Translations under genes and position numbers: made by a program
Origin: Desulfomonilaceae bacterium
GTDB lineage: Bacteria > Desulfobacterota > Desulfomonilia > Desulfomonilales > Desulfomonilaceae
Direction of reading: 5' to 3'
Assembly: GCA_050176095.1 (NCBI GenBank)
Contig: JBFXII010000001.1
Span: forward strand, 1 to 29,812
Length of the DNA: 29,812 bases
Shown here: positions 25,402 to 29,812 of the stretch, piece by piece
Layout: each line of letters opens with the position of its first letter
Numbering within the stretch: position 1 is the stretch's first letter
The notes under the pieces: model-generated
What the model was told of the DNA's origin: nothing
Databases searched by the model: none
What the model saw: the letters and a program-made list of their open reading frames with translations, nothing else

Positions 25402-26622
25402 ATGCGACCGTTCAGAGGAATCCGAATTGCTATCAAGTCCCTAACCGCACAGAAATTGCGCGTGGCTTTGGCTCTTTTAGCGATTATGATTGGAGTGGCC
25501 TCGGTAACTATAATGGTTGGGATTGGTAAAGGAGCTGAGGACGAAGTTCGTCGGAGGATACAGAGTATGGGAACAAATCTGGTAATGGTGAGCGCCGGTA
25601 TTTCTCGAAGCGTGAAAGGACAATTGGGCCAGATTGGCTTAATGACAACTCTGACTCTATCCGATGCCAAGGCCATTGGGGAAGAATGTCCAGACGTCTA
25701 CCGAATTGCTCCTGCTTTTTCAAAAAAAATGCTTGTTACGCATGACAACCTATCATATTCCACCAAAGTCATCGGAACTGTTCCGGATTTCATTCAGATC
25801 AAAAATGTTTTTGTTGATCAGGGATCATTTTTCGATGATGATGACGTCAGGCTTATGTCAACAGTAGCAGTAATCGGCCCCACGGTAGCCAAAAACCTTT
25901 TTCCCGATAAGTATCCCGTGGGCGAAAAAATCCGCATTGGTAAGGTCTTTTTTAGAGTCATCGGAGTAACTGTCTCGAAAGGAGATTTTGGGGGAGAGGA
26001 TGAGGATGATCTGATTTTTACACCGCTACGGACAGCAATGAACAAACTTTTTAACGTCACCTATCTCAGCCACATTTTTATTGAAGCAAGAAGCTTCGAA
26101 CATACCTCAAAAGTTCAGACGCAGGTCAAATCGCTGCTGAGAGAGCGACACAGACTAAAACCCGATACATTGGACGATTTTACTATTCAGAATCAGGCGG
26201 ATGTAGTGGAGGCTGAAAGCGCGGTTGTTAGAACATTTAGCCTACTTGTGATTGCAATTGCCTCAGTATCAATGATTATTGGTGGTGTCGGCATACTTGG
26301 AGTCATGCTCCTTTCAGTTAAAGAAAGGATTTCCGAAATTGGTGTCAGACGCGCTGTGGGCGCGAGGCGAAAAGACATACTAGCTCAGTTCATTGTAGAA
26401 GCCTCGTGTCTGGGGGTTATTGGCGGAATATCAGGAATCATATTCGGGCTAGCGGTATGTCAACTTTTGAGGTTTTTTTCCGGTATGCCCATAGTAGTTT
26501 CTTTACAGCACATGTTAGGGGCTCTTATATTCTCAGTACTCGTCGGAATGCTCTTTGGAATTTATCCCGCATGGAAAGCCGCCAATCTAGATCCCATAAC
26601 TGCATTGAGTTCCAAGAGTTAG
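25402..26622 (+). CDS. MacB/FtsX-family ABC permease, second copy
   Basis: Same architecture: IMIGVAS, ERISEIGVRRAVGA..DILAQFIVEA, DPITAL. Confidence 0.9.
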   Translation: MRPFRGIRIAIKSLTAQKLRVALALLAIMIGVASVTIMVGIGKGAEDEVRRRIQSMGTNLVMVSAGISRSVKGQLGQIGLMTTLTLSDAKAIGEECPDVYRIAPAFSKKMLVTHDNLSYSTKVIGTVPDFIQIKNVFVDQGSFFDDDDVRLMSTVAVIGPTVAKNLFPDKYPVGEKIRIGKVFFRVIGVTVSKGDFGGEDEDDLIFTPLRTAMNKLFNVTYLSHIFIEARSFEHTSKVQTQVKSLLRERHRLKPDTLDDFTIQNQADVVEAESAVVRTFSLLVIAIASVSMIIGGVGILGVMLLSVKERISEIGVRRAVGARRKDILAQFIVEASCLGVIGGISGIIFGLAVCQLLRFFSGMPIVVSLQHMLGALIFSVLVGMLFGIYPAWKAANLDPITALSSKS

Positions 26623-27362
26623 TTGATCATATCTAAAATATACAACCCAAGTTCCTTAAAATTAAACTCATACTCCCTCTTGAAATCTCTTGGTTCATTT
26701 TCAGAATAAATGACCCCAAAAAATTTGTTTATGGAAATCTTGTTTGTATCACAGTATCTAGATAGAGACGCTTTTGTCATACTACCTATCAAATATGCTC
26801 CATTGGACGAACCCCAGCTAAAATGGGGACCATCGCCACCGCTGTCACCAATCACAAACACTCTGGACGACGAAAGCCCATGCTTTCTCATGATTGTAGC
26901 TGTGTTTCTTCCTTTATCCGATATTTCTGACACCAAATAATCGAATCTGGGGTCTGCTTGGGCTCCAGGAAACTGTATGAATGGGTTTGACGCTATGATC
27001 GGAACATCGGGTATTAGCTTCTTAGTTATGATCCTCTGAAAAAAACCTAACGCTCCCGTAGTGTTGATCATGAACAGAATGTTTTTCGAAGCCAATAGAT
27101 CAATCATCTCTGACACCCCGTTGTATATCGCAAATGACCTTTCAAGATAGGCATCCATCTGATCGATTGAAAATGGTTTTGGAAGCAATCCAACGATTTG
27201 CGACACTGCTTTAGGGAGAGCAATCTTATTAGATGTGTAGTTTTTGAAAATTGTATCCAATTCTTTCTTGAGGTCAGGATAAATGAACGCCACAGGATCG
27301 AATGGACCGGTGGGAGCTAAACATTCATTCCAATCTGAAGAAACTAATCCTTTGTAAATCAT
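26619..27362 (-). CDS. HAD-superfamily-like hydrolase of unknown substrate
   Basis: Motif I-like SDWNECL, motif II INTTG, motif III Lys (DKG), motif IV GDSGGD. AGGGAG SD upstream. Confidence 0.65.
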   Translation of the reverse strand: MIYKGLVSSDWNECLAPTGPFDPVAFIYPDLKKELDTIFKNYTSNKIALPKAVSQIVGLLPKPFSIDQMDAYLERSFAIYNGVSEMIDLLASKNILFMINTTGALGFFQRIITKKLIPDVPIIASNPFIQFPGAQADPRFDYLVSEISDKGRNTATIMRKHGLSSSRVFVIGDSGGDGPHFSWGSSNGAYLIGSMTKASLSRYCDTNKISINKFFGVIYSENEPRDFKREYEFNFKELGLYILDMIN

Positions 27363-27736
27363 TTTAAACTCCCTATCTTTGGTCTCTTACCCCGCATAAG
27401 CCATCTGATCCATCAATAATTGCGAAGGTTGGTTTCGTTGGACTTCATATATCACTATCTTGGACTTATTTTAAGGAACAGTCTATGAGTATAGGCTAGA
27501 TTACACAGTGCCTATTTTTCATTTTCTGAATTTGGCGAATTAGAATGACTAACAATGACCTAATACTCTTACAGTTCTTTATAATGAAAATTTATGATTA
27601 GAAAATTTTTATACTTTTTTTGAACACCAGTAAATTGATAATGAAACTGATTGAATTTAAGAGCCTATTGTCGAAGCTGGATTGAACATATTTTTTGTGA
27701 GGCACATTCAAGTTTTTAAAAGTCACCGCTGATTTT

Positions 27737-27776
27737 ATCCAATTGGATTGATTTGTAATTCATCATGCTGTAAACT
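27737..27776 (+). promoter_or_regulatory. sigma70 promoter with an abutting 12-bp palindrome, upstream of the GlcD-GlcF fusion
   Basis: ATCCAATTGGAT (27737-27748), TTGATT (27748-27753), 17 nt spacer, TAAACT (27771-27776). Confidence 0.55.
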
Positions 27777-27890
27777 AGGCGTTGTATAGGGATGTACAGG
27801 TATTTGCTCTCTTAATTAGCCTCAGAACACAATTTTCCCGTGTTTTTCAAGAATTTGGTCAAACCCATTAAATCTCAGGAGCTAAAGACT

Positions 27891-29812
27891 ATGGATTTTA
27901 TCGAGCGGCTGAAAGAAATTGTAGGTCCCAAGAACATCACTGTTTCTCCGGTAGATTGTTTGGCTTATTCCCGCGACATGTCTATTCATGCAGGGGCCCC
28001 TCAAGCGGTAATCTTTGTTAGTAACACTGAACAAGTTAGCCAGATACTAAAACTGGCCAATGAGCAAAAGATCCCTGTAACAGCACGAGGTACAGGGTCT
28101 TCAGTTACTGGCGCGGTATTGCCAATTAAAGGGGGGTTGATCTTAGACTTTACGAGGATGAATTCTGTTCTGGAAATTAACAAAGCTGATTCCTACGCGG
28201 TGGTTGAACCCGGTGTGATCTGTAATGCCCTCAACACAAAGCTAGCGCCGACTCATTTTTTCCCTCCAGATCCTGGAAGCGCCGCAATTGCAACAATAGC
28301 AGGAATGATTGCTACTAATGCTAGTGGCGTTCGAGCCGCCAAATATGGTACCACGAAGAACTATGTCAAAGGCCTCGCTGTGGTAATGGCGGATGGAAGA
28401 ATCATTAAAACTGGCGATATTGCCCCCAAGAGCAGCGCCGGATACGATCTCACTCAGCTCTTTGCAAGTTCGGAGGGAACCTTAGGGATAATTACTCAGG
28501 CCACGGTTAAAATTTTGCCTATGCCTGAATATGAGGCTTTTGCCAAAGCGTCTTTCCCCGACGTTGATACAGCAGGAAAAGCAGTAGAAAAAATGTTTAC
28601 CTCGGGATTGGAACTGGCCACATGCGAAATACTTGATAATGCTTGTATCCAGGTGGCTCGGGACGCCCTGAAAATGGATATACCACCTGAAGTAAACTGT
28701 CAGTTGTTTATGGGGATTGATGGGCCCAAGGCCGCTGTTCAAGAACAAATGGAAAAAATAAACGAAATTTGCAAATCAGTGGGGGGAATAGAGAACGTTT
28801 GGTCTGATAATCCCGTAGAGAAAGCTCAATTGTTTGCTGCACGCGGCGGCCTAGTCCCAGCCATGAGTAGGCTTCAGCCTCACCACAGATTAGTTCCCCT
28901 TGTAGAGGATTTTGGAGTTCCAATAAGCCGAATTCCCGAGACCATAGCTGAAATTCAAAAGATCGGCAAGAAATACGGATTCCCAGTCGCTACTTTCGGA
29001 CACATTGGGGACGGCAACCTACACGCTACTTTCATTATGAATCCGACCCTCCCTGAACATTGGGAAAAGGTTAAAGGCATAGCGATGGAGTTTATCGACA
29101 TGACCCTCCGTCTTGAGGGAACCGTCTCCGCTGAACACGGCGTTGGGATGGCAAAAGCCCCTTATATCGGAAAACAACTCGGTGAATCTCTAAATGTCAT
29201 GAAGCAGATAAAGAAAGCGCTTGATCCGAACAACATTCTCAATCCAGGCAAAATGGGATTTGAAGATTCCATTAAGGATATCCTGGATGAAAATAGCTTC
29301 ATCAATTACATAAAATTCCCTGAAAAGATTCAGCATTTTAGTGAGGAAGTCGACAGTGAGATTCTAGCGTGCATTCAATGCGGTTTTTGCAGAGCAGGAT
29401 GTCCCACTTTTGGAGAGACCACGTTGGAATCCTTAAATGCCAAAGGGCGGGTAACATTGGCATTCAACATGCTGTCAGGAACACTCGAACCTTCTGAAGA
29501 TTTAGCCAAAAGACTCTATCAATGCATGTTGTGCCTTAACTGTAAGTTTGTATGTCCAGCCAAAGTCAATGTGTCCGACATAATCAGGAGCGCCCGCCAA
29601 AGGTTGGTGGAAAAAGGTTTTCTTCCTGAAGCTTTCAAACCAGCCCTTTCATCCATGCTGGATGCTGCAAATCCTCTCTTAGCTCCGCCTGAAAAAAGGG
29701 CTGATAGTTTTCCCACAAATTTCAATAAGGCCGTTCCGGGTGAGACAGAGGCTATACTCCACGTTGGATGTGTGACGGGGTTTCAGTATGTAAAGATAAT
29801 TCAATCAGTTAT
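27891..29812 (+). CDS. FAD-linked 2-hydroxyacid oxidoreductase (GlcD/D-lactate dehydrogenase-like) fused to a 2x[4Fe-4S]/CCG (GlcF-like) domain; 3'-truncated by the window end
   Basis: Translated by hand, since it has no stop and is absent from the track. AGGAG SD, MDFIERLKEIVG..., ARGTGSSVTG, PPDPGS, KYGTTKNYV, SEGTLGII, GHIGDGNLH, AEHGVG, NILNPGKMGF. It continues in frame to CIQCGFCRAGCP (29370-29402), CMLCLNCKFVCP (29523-29555) and HVGC. Confidence 0.9.
   Translation, partial: MDFIERLKEIVGPKNITVSPVDCLAYSRDMSIHAGAPQAVIFVSNTEQVSQILKLANEQKIPVTARGTGSSVTGAVLPIKGGLILDFTRMNSVLEINKADSYAVVEPGVICNALNTKLAPTHFFPPDPGSAAIATIAGMIATNASGVRAAKYGTTKNYVKGLAVVMADGRIIKTGDIAPKSSAGYDLTQLFASSEGTLGIITQATVKILPMPEYEAFAKASFPDVDTAGKAVEKMFTSGLELATCEILDNACIQVARDALKMDIPPEVNCQLFMGIDGPKAAVQEQMEKINEICKSVGGIENVWSDNPVEKAQLFAARGGLVPAMSRLQPHHRLVPLVEDFGVPISRIPETIAEIQKIGKKYGFPVATFGHIGDGNLHATFIMNPTLPEHWEKVKGIAMEFIDMTLRLEGTVSAEHGVGMAKAPYIGKQLGESLNVMKQIKKALDPNNILNPGKMGFEDSIKDILDENSFINYIKFPEKIQHFSEEVDSEILACIQCGFCRAGCPTFGETTLESLNAKGRVTLAFNMLSGTLEPSEDLAKRLYQCMLCLNCKFVCPAKVNVSDIIRSARQRLVEKGFLPEAFKPALSSMLDAANPLLAPPEKRADSFPTNFNKAVPGETEAILHVGCVTGFQYVKIIQSV

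Noticed and set aside
27387-27455. 22-codon minus-strand ORF (MIYEVQRNQPSQLLMDQMAYAG) just upstream of the HAD-like gene
   Set aside because: GTG start without a clear SD, very short, and no recognisable similarity. It cannot be told apart from a random ORF without conservation data.
27581-27655. Fur-box-like ATAATGAAA repeats (27581 and 27638) in the long AT-rich intergenic region
   Set aside because: Only partial matches (about 11-13 of 19) to the Fur consensus in very AT-rich DNA, with poor dyad symmetry. This is expected by chance.
252-29725. Numerous 60-177 aa ORFs in the track lying antisense to or out of frame within the called genes (e.g. 252-587, 882-1175, 1928-2251, 6210-6524, 14225-14590, 19552-20085, 24826-25251, 28482-28748)
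   Set aside because: They are shadow frames of well-supported genes, with no motifs or SD sites and the Ser/Pro/Ile-rich composition typical of antisense translation.
1-29812. rRNA, tRNA, CRISPR arrays, IS elements, integrases, prophage genes, selenocysteine or frameshift recoding
   Set aside because: No cloverleaf or rRNA-like segment, no regularly spaced repeats and no transposase or recombinase motifs were seen. The called genes are intact without in-frame stops. This was by eye only; tRNAscan, Infernal and CRISPR finders were not run.

Overview
A 29.8 kb gene-dense bacterial chromosomal segment with moderately low GC (by eye, not computed). The gene content (Tup tungstate ABC, standalone hisI-hisG, rpsO-pnp-M16 peptidase, GlcD/GlcF-type oxidoreductase, outer-membrane barrel) fits an anaerobic Gram-negative Desulfobacterota/deltaproteobacterium; this is an impression, not a database result. 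Order: partial tupB-tupC-small ORF (+); micro-lipoprotein, hypothetical, hisI, hisG (-); ECF sigma, ZAS anti-sigma, trxA, trxB (-); sirtuin (+); beta-barrel OMP (-); RHH/Cys regulator, znuA, znuC, znuB (+); smc and a GAF class III cyclase (-); two hypotheticals and a TPR-retropepsin (+); rpsO, pnp, M16 peptidase (-); a MacA-like adaptor, ATPase and two permeases (+); a HAD-like protein (-); and a GlcD-GlcF fusion that runs off the window end and is missing from the ORF track (+). I saw no rRNA, tRNA, CRISPR array or mobile element. Best candidates for undescribed biology: (1) a ribbon-helix-helix protein with a Cys/His-rich tail heading znuACB, with a 10-bp-phased direct repeat over its own promoter, a possible non-Zur zinc regulator; (2) a Cys-rich GAF cyclase with the guanylyl-cyclase-type E-T-x-G-D motif; (3) an ECF sigma/ZAS anti-sigma/thioredoxin/thioredoxin reductase operon; (4) a possibly switchable hairpin in the rpsO leader.
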